Origin: a virus
Taxonomy: Duplodnaviria > Caudoviricetes
Reading direction: 5' to 3' (one strand)
IMG/VR virus record: IMGVR_UViG_3300049166_000009
Span: 1 to 26,114 of that record
DNA length: 26,114 nt
The notes under the pieces are model-generated. The model saw nothing but the letters and a program-made list of their open reading frames with translations, ran no database searches and was not told where the DNA came from. Shown here piece after piece: positions 7,542 through 16,349 of the stretch; the stretch's first letter is position 1, and each line of letters opens with the position of its first letter. A program made the translations under genes and the position numbers.

Positions 7542-9575
7542 TCACCTCACTCCTCTCATCATCAATTTAGTATCGGTTTCTCGTTTTTGTTTTGACATCA
7601 AATCATAGTAAAGATCACTGTCAAGATTGCCCTCGACATTTATGTATACATTCGTTCTACCTAACATGCTTTGAGTTTCAGGATTAGAGTACACATTAGC
7701 CCCTTTCAATCCTGTTACTAATTCGGGTCCCTTCTCCCCTACAATTGCCATATCACCTTGGAAGTTTCGAGCACCTTTCGCAAGCATTGGAATATTAGGA
7801 GTATTGAGTGTAATGGATGGAATATTAAATGATTGTCCAAACGGTAATGATACCTCTTGCCCACCTATTTTAAGTTGGAAGGAGTTCCATTTACCGATAA
7901 GCCAGTTGACAGCAGATTTAAAGGAACTCTTTAAACCATCCCACATACCTCTTGTCTTTTCTGTAAACTTCGCTTTTAATCCACCAAAGAATCCAAGTAA
8001 ATCATTAACTTTCCCCATGATCCAATCGACTGAGGTTCTCCATATTTCTTTGAGCTTGCTGCCTAACCACTTAGTAGCTCCGACAATCGTGTCCCAATTT
8101 GCGATGATTATTGCAACTAAACCAATAACAGTTGCTATTACCCATCCAACTGGCCCCATTGCAATAAGCCAAGCTGCTGCCATTCTTGCTGCTTGTATTA
8201 AGGCTTGTGCTCCCATGAAAATCCATTTTGCTACCATTGCTGCTACTGTGGCTACGTGTATCGCTCCTGCTTTTATAGCTGCTACTTGAGTCATAACCCA
8301 CGCTGTAACTTGTTTAGCTGCGGAAATTAAAGCTTGCACACCTGCTTTTATCCATTGCACGATTAATTTAGTAGCAATAAGAGACGCATAAGTAATAATA
8401 ATTGGCTGTACGATTGCCCAATGTTCATTTAACTTGTCAGATAACCAACCTAGAGTATCAATAACATCATTCAGTAAGTCCTTTATGGTATTGAAAGCAT
8501 CTTCGAAAAACTGTTTGATCTCTGGAAGATTGGGTTCAATCCATTCCCATAAATCAAATAGCGCTGGAAGTAAAGTATCCTTCACCACTCCAACCACAAT
8601 ATCAAGAACCTCAAGAACCTTATTGAAAGCTCCCTCGAAAAACTCTCTAATTTTTGGTAAGTGTGGTTCTACCCATGCCCATAAATCTTTTAGACGTGGT
8701 ATCGCTTCATCGTTGATAAAACCACTAACTTTTGATATCGCTTTTCCTGCCACATCGAAACCTTTTTCAAAAAATGATTCCACTAGAGGCATCTTATCTT
8801 GTGCCCAGTCCATCATGACTTGGAATGTAGGGATAAGTTTACCTATTATCTTTTGTCCAAATGCCCCTGCTGATCTAGTTAAATCATCCCACGAGTCCTG
8901 AAACTTTGAAGCGGATGCTAATGTATCGCCTTCTATCACAATACCTAGCTCTTCTGCTTTCTTCTTAGCATCCTCTAGGCTTAACGATCCGTCTTGTAAT
9001 GCAGGCATAAGCTCTCTACCTAGTTTTGTTCCGAATAATTCAGAGGCTGCTGCTGATTTTTCTTGTTCGGATGACATTTCTGATAGTGCTTGGATTGATT
9101 GCGCCATTGCATCTTCAGTTGATAGCGTACCGTCTTTCACTTTATCCATATCAACGCCTAAATTAGAAAGAGCCTCAGAATACTTTTCGTTTCCATCTGC
9201 TGCTTTCCCCATACGCTGATTCAATCGCCCTAACGCTTTTTCCATATTACCTGTGGAAATACCGTTTTGTGATGCCCAGTAATCCATTTCTTGGTAAGCA
9301 TCTGTTGATATGCCTAACTTGGACGATGTTTTAGCAATTTTGTCAAATCCCTCTGTTATCTTATTTGTGGCTGCAAACATAGCACCTGCTGCAATACCTG
9401 CACCTGCTGCAATACCTGCACCTGCTGCAATACCTGCTCCCCATTTAGCTACAGATTTCAGATTTTTGCCTAGTTTTTTACTAAAGCTTTCAGTTTTCTT
9501 ATCCATCCTGGATAAACTCTTATTACTTTCTTTGTCATCTATTAGGATACTTCCAAACAACTTAAAAATTTCCAT
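7542..9575 (-). CDS. Tape measure protein
   Basis: MEIFKLFGSI start, Ala/Gly-rich helical body, Trp/Phe-spaced repeats, C-terminal IPMLAKG...VGEKGPELV; position after the chaperones. Confidence 0.93.
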   Translation of the reverse strand: MEIFKLFGSILIDDKESNKSLSRMDKKTESFSKKLGKNLKSVAKWGAGIAAGAGIAAGAGIAAGAMFAATNKITEGFDKIAKTSSKLGISTDAYQEMDYWASQNGISTGNMEKALGRLNQRMGKAADGNEKYSEALSNLGVDMDKVKDGTLSTEDAMAQSIQALSEMSSEQEKSAAASELFGTKLGRELMPALQDGSLSLEDAKKKAEELGIVIEGDTLASASKFQDSWDDLTRSAGAFGQKIIGKLIPTFQVMMDWAQDKMPLVESFFEKGFDVAGKAISKVSGFINDEAIPRLKDLWAWVEPHLPKIREFFEGAFNKVLEVLDIVVGVVKDTLLPALFDLWEWIEPNLPEIKQFFEDAFNTIKDLLNDVIDTLGWLSDKLNEHWAIVQPIIITYASLIATKLIVQWIKAGVQALISAAKQVTAWVMTQVAAIKAGAIHVATVAAMVAKWIFMGAQALIQAARMAAAWLIAMGPVGWVIATVIGLVAIIIANWDTIVGATKWLGSKLKEIWRTSVDWIMGKVNDLLGFFGGLKAKFTEKTRGMWDGLKSSFKSAVNWLIGKWNSFQLKIGGQEVSLPFGQSFNIPSITLNTPNIPMLAKGARNFQGDMAIVGEKGPELVTGLKGANVYSNPETQSMLGRTNVYINVEGNLDSDLYYDLMSKQKRETDTKLMMRGVR
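9382..9435. repeat. Three perfect tandem 18-bp copies (gcacctgctgcaatacct) encoding GIAAGA x3
   Basis: Units at 9382-9399, 9400-9417 and 9418-9435. Confidence 0.95.
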
Positions 9576-9603
9576 ATATTGTAATCACCCCTTTTCTTTG
9601 GGC

Positions 9604-9628
9604 AAAATAAAAAACCCTATTTAGGGTT
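9604..9628 (-). terminator. Intrinsic terminator-like hairpin before the tape measure gene
   Basis: Minus strand AACCCT-AAAT-AGGGTT followed by TTTTATTTT. Confidence 0.55.
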
Positions 9629-9968
9629 ACTTCTTTTTAACCTTTGATTTAAATCGTTTAAATGTTTCTTCAACTGTTTCAACAATGTCAACTTGCTTAG
9701 GTTCACTTAATTTCTTCTTATATTCCTCAAAAGAGTAGTAGTCTTCTTGCTTCTCCATTTTACTAAGATTAATTAAGTAAATATCCCACAGCTCATCTTC
9801 ATTTCGCTTTGAAATTGCTTTATTAAATAAATCAAAAGCCCAATCTACATCTAAAGATTCGATATATGACATGTCATTGTATCTTGTCAATATCAAATCT
9901 AATAATTCATTTGGGTCATAGTCTACTTTCCAAGCAATTCCAAAGCTTTGGTAAAAACCTTTACCCAA
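9627..9968 (-). CDS. Tail assembly chaperone, downstream (gpT-like) frame
   Basis: Overlaps the upstream chaperone in the -1 frame; lies between the tail tube/chaperone and TMP. Confidence 0.7.
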   Translation of the reverse strand: MGKGFYQSFGIAWKVDYDPNELLDLILTRYNDMSYIESLDVDWAFDLFNKAISKRNEDELWDIYLINLSKMEKQEDYYSFEEYKKKLSEPKQVDIVETVEETFKRFKSKVKKK

Positions 9969-10354
9969 TTTTCATGCTGTTTAATTTCATTGAAAATATC
10001 AATAGTTAAATCAGCATCCATAACTTGATATTCTTTCTGAGTAACACCAATTAAACTAGCAAAGAACTTCTCAACTTCTTCCTCAGCCTTCTCCATATTT
10101 TCAAGAATAATTAAAGGCATTTCCATGCCCAACTCAGTTTGAATTGCTTCAACTTCTGCTTCTAACTCATCAGTATTTAGTTCTTTTTTCTTTTCAGCCT
10201 GTAGTTGTCTATTTTTCTTATTCATTAGTGTGATCTTACCTGACATAGCAAGCAATTCTTTCTTAATTTTCATCTTTCCAATGATACGAATAACTGTAAA
10301 GATATCTGTTGACTTCGGACTTCTAATTTCAATCTTAAACTCTTCTGTTTCCAT
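9923..10354 (-). CDS. Tail assembly chaperone (gpG-like)
   Basis: Charged helical protein directly after the tail tube gene; AGGAGG RBS. Confidence 0.78.
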   Translation of the reverse strand: METEEFKIEIRSPKSTDIFTVIRIIGKMKIKKELLAMSGKITLMNKKNRQLQAEKKKELNTDELEAEVEAIQTELGMEMPLIILENMEKAEEEVEKFFASLIGVTQKEYQVMDADLTIDIFNEIKQHENWVKVFTKALELLGK

Positions 10355-10371
10355 AATTACCTCCTGAAATA

Positions 10372-10405
10372 ATAAAAATAGGGACTATCTAAATGATTAG
10401 CCCCT
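10372..10405 (-). terminator. Intrinsic terminator after the major tail gene
   Basis: Minus strand AGGGGCTA...TAGTCCCT followed by ATTTTTATT. Confidence 0.65.
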
Positions 10406-10415
10406 CAAACCGTTA

Positions 10416-11006
10416 TTAAGCTGTTGCTACGTCTCCTGTATACTGAGTAATATACGTTGGTACAATATCCATATTGGCAGGATCAAAGTGTGCTGTGAAT
10501 GTCACTTCACTTACTACTTCATCCTTATCAGCCATCGCTGCTGAGAAAGCTCCATCTCCTAATACATTCTCGATTACATAAGCAACAAGATCACCGTTTT
10601 CTGTTTCAGTTACGTAAGCCAAATTATCAAAATAATCGCTATCTGTAAAATCAGCATTTGGTCTGAATGTGTTATATTCAGGAACTTCCGTTGTAGCTGA
10701 AACATTATTCACTGTACCAGCCATATACTTCTCAAGTTTTGCATGATCTAATTCTAGTGCAGTTGCTGTAATAGTAATCTTAAACTCTGTTCTACGTTTC
10801 AAGCCCTTAACATCCTCGCCTCGGTCTCCGTCAAAACGAATAGACTTGTTCGTAGGCTCAATATTGTAACTTCCACCTCCACGAATTGCCCCAAAGGCTA
10901 CTGAGTTTACATCATCCCAATCATCGGGATTAAAGTTAAAAATAAGCACACCTTCGCCTCGTTGAATATTTTCAGCTTTCGGTACTGCTGGTCTCTGAAT
11001 TGCCAT
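10416..11006 (-). CDS. Major tail (tube) protein
   Basis: 196 aa; NIQRGEG, GAIRGGGSY, IRFDG, VTFTAHFDP pattern; synteny. Confidence 0.85.
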   Translation of the reverse strand: MAIQRPAVPKAENIQRGEGVLIFNFNPDDWDDVNSVAFGAIRGGGSYNIEPTNKSIRFDGDRGEDVKGLKRRTEFKITITATALELDHAKLEKYMAGTVNNVSATTEVPEYNTFRPNADFTDSDYFDNLAYVTETENGDLVAYVIENVLGDGAFSAAMADKDEVVSEVTFTAHFDPANMDIVPTYITQYTGDVATA

Positions 11007-11008
11007 AA

Positions 11009-11302
11009 TTAAACACTTCCTTTTCTAATTTTTAATAGTTTCCATCTTAATTGAGAAGTTACATGCTCAGCTCCTAGTAACATAAGCTCTTCCCAATCAA
11101 CATTTTTCAACATTTCTACTTCTTCTTCCATTAACATTTCACATACTATTTCTTTAAAATCGCTTGAGGCTGTTTCAACCTCTTCTTCAACTTGAACTGT
11201 ATCCTTACAGTCCTCACAAATTGTATTAATTGAGAATCCTTTCTCATACCAACTGTCTTTGCATTTTACGCATGTCATAGTTCCCATTGCATTACTCCCC
11301 AT
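11009..11302 (-). CDS. Hypothetical protein with CxxC-x14-CxxC putative zinc ribbon
   Basis: CVKC and CEDC, acidic middle, basic C-terminus; coupled between tail terminator and tail tube genes. Confidence 0.65.
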   Translation of the reverse strand: MGSNAMGTMTCVKCKDSWYEKGFSINTICEDCKDTVQVEEEVETASSDFKEIVCEMLMEEEVEMLKNVDWEELMLLGAEHVTSQLRWKLLKIRKGSV

Positions 11303-11675
11303 GTACCCTAATTTGATATACGTATTGTCTACGTCTTAATCTTTTATCAGGATCAGTTAGAGACAAACGATTCTCTCTATAAAAGGTGAGAGAAATACCT
11401 TCTGTTACAACTGACCTTCTATGTAGTCCTTCATCAATCGTTCCTATTAAACTTTCGAGTGGTATGGTATCTGTTTTATCGTCCCATGCATCAATCTCTA
11501 GAACAAAGTTCTCCATTGTACCGTTGTCTGTTGAATTTGGTAAGTCATACACAATAAAAGGGTAGATAGCATCGTCTGGGGCATGTTGATAATAGACTCT
11601 TTCATGTTTAGAGTTGAGGAAATTTTGAATGTCGGTTCGTATCTTAATCATTTTCACTGTTATCACCTTCGTCAT
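11292..11675 (-). CDS. Tail completion/terminator protein (SPP1 gp17-like)
   Basis: VYYQHAP...YPFIVY...LEIDAWD motif; synteny. Confidence 0.8.
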   Translation of the reverse strand: MTKVITVKMIKIRTDIQNFLNSKHERVYYQHAPDDAIYPFIVYDLPNSTDNGTMENFVLEIDAWDDKTDTIPLESLIGTIDEGLHRRSVVTEGISLTFYRENRLSLTDPDKRLRRRQYVYQIRVHGE

Positions 11676-12093
11676 TAGGCTTAATTAACCCTAATGCTTT
11701 GTTCTCATTTTCGATATAACTAAGGTACTGCCCTTGTATTCTGCGGATATCATCAATATTTTCCATGACTGTACCTTTGATAATGCCACGTTTAGGCTGA
11801 TTACGTGTCCCTAACTCTTGATCTTTGCCATACCAAGTATCATGCTTGCTCCCTACGATTAAATCCGTCTCACGTTTACGCACCCAAAACTGGAGGGCAC
11901 GCCCGATTCGCTTATTTCTGCGCATTCCTGGCATTTGTTTAGCCTTTTGTAACATTCTTTTACGTATCAACCTACCTACATCACGTAAAGCTGCTCTCTG
12001 TAATTCCTCTAGCGTATAGGAAGCTTTGTTAATGTTACTAGTAAATTCCACACCATCTTTCTTAATCTTGACTGTACGGGGCATCCTAGCCAT
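11644..12093 (-). CDS. Neck protein (HK97 gp10-like)
   Basis: Basic protein with WYG.DQELGT.NQPKR motif; synteny. Confidence 0.8.
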   Translation of the reverse strand: MARMPRTVKIKKDGVEFTSNINKASYTLEELQRAALRDVGRLIRKRMLQKAKQMPGMRRNKRIGRALQFWVRKRETDLIVGSKHDTWYGKDQELGTRNQPKRGIIKGTVMENIDDIRRIQGQYLSYIENENKALGLIKPNDEGDNSEND

Positions 12094-12391
12094 TAGTAGA
12101 CAACCCCTGACATACTAACTCAGTAATTTCACCGTTTTTGTCATAAGCACGAATGATGCTATAATCTTTCTCATCGTATTCTAGAGTTGATTCACCTTGA
12201 TATTCAATTGTTCTAATTTCAAACATTAACTCAGGCTTTAAACCTGTTGCTTGCGCTTGGTAAAATTCTGTTTGTCGGATTGACTTTTTATTAGCGAATA
12301 CTTGACGTGGATCGGGAGTTTTAATATAATCACCAATCGTATTCTTACTGTAAGTAGCACTAATAAGTTTAATAACATCACGGAATAACAT
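12086..12391 (-). CDS. Head closure protein (SPP1 gp16-like)
   Basis: VFANKKSIRQTEFYQAQATGLKPE...YSIIRAY...ELVC pattern. Confidence 0.85.
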   Translation of the reverse strand: MLFRDVIKLISATYSKNTIGDYIKTPDPRQVFANKKSIRQTEFYQAQATGLKPELMFEIRTIEYQGESTLEYDEKDYSIIRAYDKNGEITELVCQGLSTNG

Positions 12392-12910
12392 CTAAACCAC
12401 CGCCAATGATACTGATATAGATAAACTTTCTTCAACATCAACTGTTTCTTGAATAGTCTCGTAACCATCTTTAGATACGGTATATTCCATGTTTTGAGTC
12501 TCTTTAACACCTATAAATGTAGCCACACCTGAAGAGTTTGTGATTCTCTTCTCACCATTAAATGTAATGGTTGCATCCTCAAGTAATACACCCTCACCAT
12601 TATCAACAATGAACGTGACAGTAAATAAGCTATATTTTTGTGAAAGTGTTAAGTGTTGCTTCAACATGCTATAGGAATTTTGCAATCTCTCTGAGTCTGG
12701 ATTATCCCAACCAAAGTTAGCTTTAGTGAACGTTGAAATAGCCCTCTTAATCAATGGGTCTGTATCATCATTTACTTTTTCAGAAGAAACACCCGACAAC
12801 ATCAAATCATGTCGGGCTGCTTCAATTAAATCATTAATCTCAACATCGTAAACTGTATTAGATGAGCTTATCCTCAACATTACTTTGATGTCATCAAGCA
12901 TATACTTCAC
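12392..12910 (-). CDS. Head-tail adaptor (HK97 gp6-like) fused to a C-terminal PEGA/Ig-like domain
   Basis: N-terminal IKVMLRI...EINDLIEAA..DL..SGV...DPLIKRAI; C-terminal VTFIV...LEDATITFNG...TNSSGVATF...YTVSKDGY. Confidence 0.82.
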   Translation of the reverse strand: MKYMLDDIKVMLRISSSNTVYDVEINDLIEAARHDLMLSGVSSEKVNDDTDPLIKRAISTFTKANFGWDNPDSERLQNSYSMLKQHLTLSQKYSLFTVTFIVDNGEGVLLEDATITFNGEKRITNSSGVATFIGVKETQNMEYTVSKDGYETIQETVDVEESLSISVSLAVV

Positions 12911-13165
12911 CTATTTCTTTAAGTTATTGAAAGCTTCATAAGCCTTCTTTTTCCCACGAATCTTTTCTCCATTTGGTAGCTCGTAATAACCAGCACCAAC
13001 ATGTAAAGGTTCTTCATTGGTTTCCGTTTTCGGCTCTGTTGGTTTCTCAACGTATCCTTTTTCGTAAAGTTCAAGAATACGAGAGAATGAACCCTCGTAT
13101 TCAGAACCTATTTGATAACGTTCACGAGTATATTTATCCGTAAACTGCTTTATCACTTTACTCAT
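12911..13165 (-). CDS. Small post-capsid hypothetical protein
   Basis: VIKQFTDKYT...Y..G...RILEL..KGY and HVGAGYYELPNGEKIRGK, of the kind seen after capsid genes in Firmicutes phages. Confidence 0.75.
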   Translation of the reverse strand: MSKVIKQFTDKYTRERYQIGSEYEGSFSRILELYEKGYVEKPTEPKTETNEEPLHVGAGYYELPNGEKIRGKKKAYEAFNNLKK

Positions 13166-13182
13166 TTATGCGTCAAATCCTA

Positions 13183-14340
13183 TTAAACTGGTACTACTTT
13201 AGATACACGTAGGAAACCGTTTTTAGCCGTAACATTACCACCTGCAAAAACTGAACCTTTATGAGCGATCATGCCTTGCTTAAACTTATAATCATTTGAA
13301 CGTTGTACCTCAAGATCACTAAATACTGCAAAAGTATAGTTAGAAAGTGACCCATAAGCCATACCATATTCTCCATCTACTGTTGCTGAATCAGAAATAG
13401 CCTTACAAGCACTATTTAAGATGAAAGGTACACCATCAATTGTTCCTGTGTTACCTTTGTTTACTACTTCATAAACTTTGTCTCCATCTGCATTACGTAA
13501 AGTTGCAAATGCCTTTAAATCCTTCTTATTAAGGATTAAAACTGCAACATCCTCAACATCTTCATCTCCACCATAGCTATAAACGATTTCATCAAGAGTC
13601 TTATCATCAATTGCTTCAATTCCTAAATCAGTTGTAGGATCAATTGCTGTTGCATTAGATGAGAAAATACCAGTTAAACGATTAGTAGTTCCATCACCAA
13701 TTAAAATCTCTTTAGTTAATTTCTTACGAGTTGCTACTGTAATACCATTCGTTACAACACTGTCATAGTCTGCTGCTGGAAGTTTCATTGTTTCCTCTGA
13801 ATCCTCTGCATACGCTGTCACCTTAGATTTAGCAATATCTGCATATCCGAATACTGGTTCTGCCGTTGTATAGTCAGCACCCTCAATAACATGATCACCT
13901 TCTCCATAACCTTTTAGGTAAGGTTGCGTAAAGGATTCGCCTCCTTGTAATGGTTTAACATGTACACGATCAATTAAAGTTGATACCTCATTGAATGTCG
14001 GCTTAATATCTGTAGCTTGATGTTTTGGTAGTACAATATCACTTGAGCCTACCGTTACACTTCGATTTTCTTTTAATTGCTTGCCTCGTTGTTCAATAGT
14101 TTCTTTTTCCATAGTTTCTCTCTCCACCTTTTCTGGGTTTTCTGCTCCTTCAACTGGCTTTGCTTCAACTTTTCCAGCATTAATAGCCGCTGCCATCTTT
14201 GCACGTTTTTCAATTTGTGCCTTTTCATCATTCAATCCACGTAGTTCAATATCAAGTTCTTCTAAATTAACCTCTTCTCCACTTTCTAATACCTCTGCAA
14301 TTTGTGCCTTACGTTGTTCAATTTCTTCTAATCTGTTCAT
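13183..14340 (-). CDS. Major capsid protein, HK97 fold with N-terminal delta domain
   Basis: Coiled-coil N-terminus, EILIGDG....TGI, GTIDGVP; AGGAGG RBS; follows the prohead protease. Confidence 0.95.
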   Translation of the reverse strand: MNRLEEIEQRKAQIAEVLESGEEVNLEELDIELRGLNDEKAQIEKRAKMAAAINAGKVEAKPVEGAENPEKVERETMEKETIEQRGKQLKENRSVTVGSSDIVLPKHQATDIKPTFNEVSTLIDRVHVKPLQGGESFTQPYLKGYGEGDHVIEGADYTTAEPVFGYADIAKSKVTAYAEDSEETMKLPAADYDSVVTNGITVATRKKLTKEILIGDGTTNRLTGIFSSNATAIDPTTDLGIEAIDDKTLDEIVYSYGGDEDVEDVAVLILNKKDLKAFATLRNADGDKVYEVVNKGNTGTIDGVPFILNSACKAISDSATVDGEYGMAYGSLSNYTFAVFSDLEVQRSNDYKFKQGMIAHKGSVFAGGNVTAKNGFLRVSKVVPV

Positions 14341-14388
14341 AATATAAATCCTCCTAATAATTTTTTAATAAATTTTTTGTTATGTATT

Positions 14389-14482
14389 TGCCTAAGTTTC
14401 AAGTCGAACACTATCCAGTGAGCCGTTATACTATCCAGTACAACTGACTTTTAGGCATTAAAAAAACACCCTATCCAGAGTG
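14389..14482 (-). promoter_or_regulatory. Structured RNA leader of the capsid gene with three GGAU-loop hairpins; the first is terminator-like
   Basis: ctatccag repeated at 14411, 14431 and 14471, each centred in an inverted repeat; enclosing stems tgcctaa/ttaggca and aagtc/gactt. Confidence 0.7.
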
Positions 14483-14492
14483 ATTGATTAAC

Positions 14493-15125
14493 CTATAATT
14501 GAGTTAATAAAATAAGTTTCTTTCTAAGTAATCTTTCTTGTTCTTCTTTTGCCTTTTCAGTTTCAACTAAACTTCGAGCTGAAATTGAAGTAGTATCATA
14601 AGCAGGTATATCCACAGCACTACAATCAAAGAGTCGTTTCACCTTTTGAATCGTAATCAATTTATTATTACTATCAAAACTTTGCTCTCTGATTGAGAAA
14701 GAAAAACTCATACGGTCAATATATCCACCGTTAATTTCTTCATAAAGCTTCCTACCTTCTTCTGTGCCATCTAATTTAGCTCTAATCCATAATCCTTTAC
14801 TATCTACAGATAGTTGTAGTGTTTTATTACGAGTACGAGCCATTACTTTACCTTTATGATTATAGTTAAAGATAACATCTGACATATCAGCTTCATCAAA
14901 TGCTTTATCACTTATTTGCTCCCTATACTCAACACCATCAATTTCAAATAAAACAGTCGGATCATTAAAAGTTGCTGCATAACCTTCGACATACAAACCA
15001 TCATCACTGTTATCTTCTTCATTATGTAAGGCTCTAAGCTCAAATTCTGCAAACTTACGAACCTCTCTATCTTTTAGTTTGTCATTCAATTTCTTCTCCA
15101 TCGTCTCCTGAGTCAATTTCATCAC
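14493..15125 (-). CDS. Prohead protease (HK97 family, S78)
   Basis: VEGYAATF, FNYNH, ARTRNKTLQL..D.KGL, MSFSF, SAVDIPAYDTT. Confidence 0.93.
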   Translation of the reverse strand: MMKLTQETMEKKLNDKLKDREVRKFAEFELRALHNEEDNSDDGLYVEGYAATFNDPTVLFEIDGVEYREQISDKAFDEADMSDVIFNYNHKGKVMARTRNKTLQLSVDSKGLWIRAKLDGTEEGRKLYEEINGGYIDRMSFSFSIREQSFDSNNKLITIQKVKRLFDCSAVDIPAYDTTSISARSLVETEKAKEEQERLLRKKLILLTQL

Positions 15126-16330
15126 CTTCCTTTACTTTGGGATCTTGCTTACCTACTTGGTATTCATTCGCCTTATCAGCATCAATAAAGTTTAAAGATA
15201 GTATTCGTTTATCACCGCCTTCGATTGGTGGCATGTTGAATACTTCAAGACCTTGGTTTTTGGTCATCATACCTCTATCCATTAATGTAGTTACAATATT
15301 TATTTTCGTTGTATTACTAGCATACTGTAAGCGATTTGCTTCAAAGATAATTTGATTTCCATGTCCCTTTTCTCGATCAGTAAATAAGCAATTTGTAAAT
15401 GCTAATGACATTTGAATTGCTAAAGGCTCAAGAATTGACTCATAAAAAGCATTAAATTCTTCTTCGTTGTAACTGGATTTAATAATCTTTTCATTAATTC
15501 CATAATAGTCATAAACCTTTTCTTTGATTGCCTTCATTTGCTTCATCAATCATCTTAGGATCATTCTTCAATTCTTGGTATTCCGTCTTTGTATCAGTAG
15601 CCGCAACACCACCATTATTATTAACGTCCATATAGTCCTCAACAAACATATCTCTTTGCTTCTTTATATCTTCTGGTCGCAATGAGCCTGTAAACTTTAA
15701 TAACCCACGCAAATAAGCAGATGACTTAACTGCATTAGCAATTCCCTCATCTGTTGTTTGTATCAATTGTAAAGTTGGATTTAATGCTTTATCAGACGTT
15801 TCCCCATACAAGTCATTCCTATAGAAGAAACGTCTCAAATGAATCAAATCTTCATAGGGTAAAGTTACAGTTTGACCACCTAAAAATCTAAACTTAGCAT
15901 AGATTTCATTATCACCTTCTAGTAACTCAACAGTGGAAGAGTTGACAGGATAAAAGCCTTTAACTACTCCAAATTGATCCCTATCAACGTAAATGAATGA
16001 GTTATTTTTCATGTATAACTGAGTTATAACTTTATAGAAAAAACTGTAGCTATCCATGAATCTATTTGGTTGATATTGTAATAGTTTTTCTAGATGAGAT
16101 TCACGATTATCTACATTTGAACCTATTTTGCGAGTATGTTTTGCTTTCAGTTTTGCTCCATTTCTTGCAATAGCGTCTACAGAAGCACGAACAACGTCTG
16201 AGTCGTAAGCCTCACCTGAAAAACTATTAAATATCAGCATAAAACCATTTAGCATTTTAAGCTGAGTCTTATTTATTTCATCGATATTCTTTTTTCCAAA
16301 GAAAAATTTATGTAGTGATCTCTTCTTCAA
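15082..16330 (-). pseudogene. Portal protein (HK97 family) interrupted by one frameshift near 15541-15545
   Basis: Two overlapping ORFs (15509-16330 and 15082-15549) give the N- and C-terminal portal parts; the span is 1249 nt = 416 codons + 1 base; TTG start after GGGAGGTG. Confidence 0.85.
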
Positions 16331-16349
16331 TTTTGCACCTCCCTTCACG

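Noticed and set aside
14409-14482. Repeated ctatccag units as a mini CRISPR array
   Set aside because: The repeats are only 8-12 bp with 20- and 40-bp spacing and there are no cas genes; RNA hairpins explain them better.
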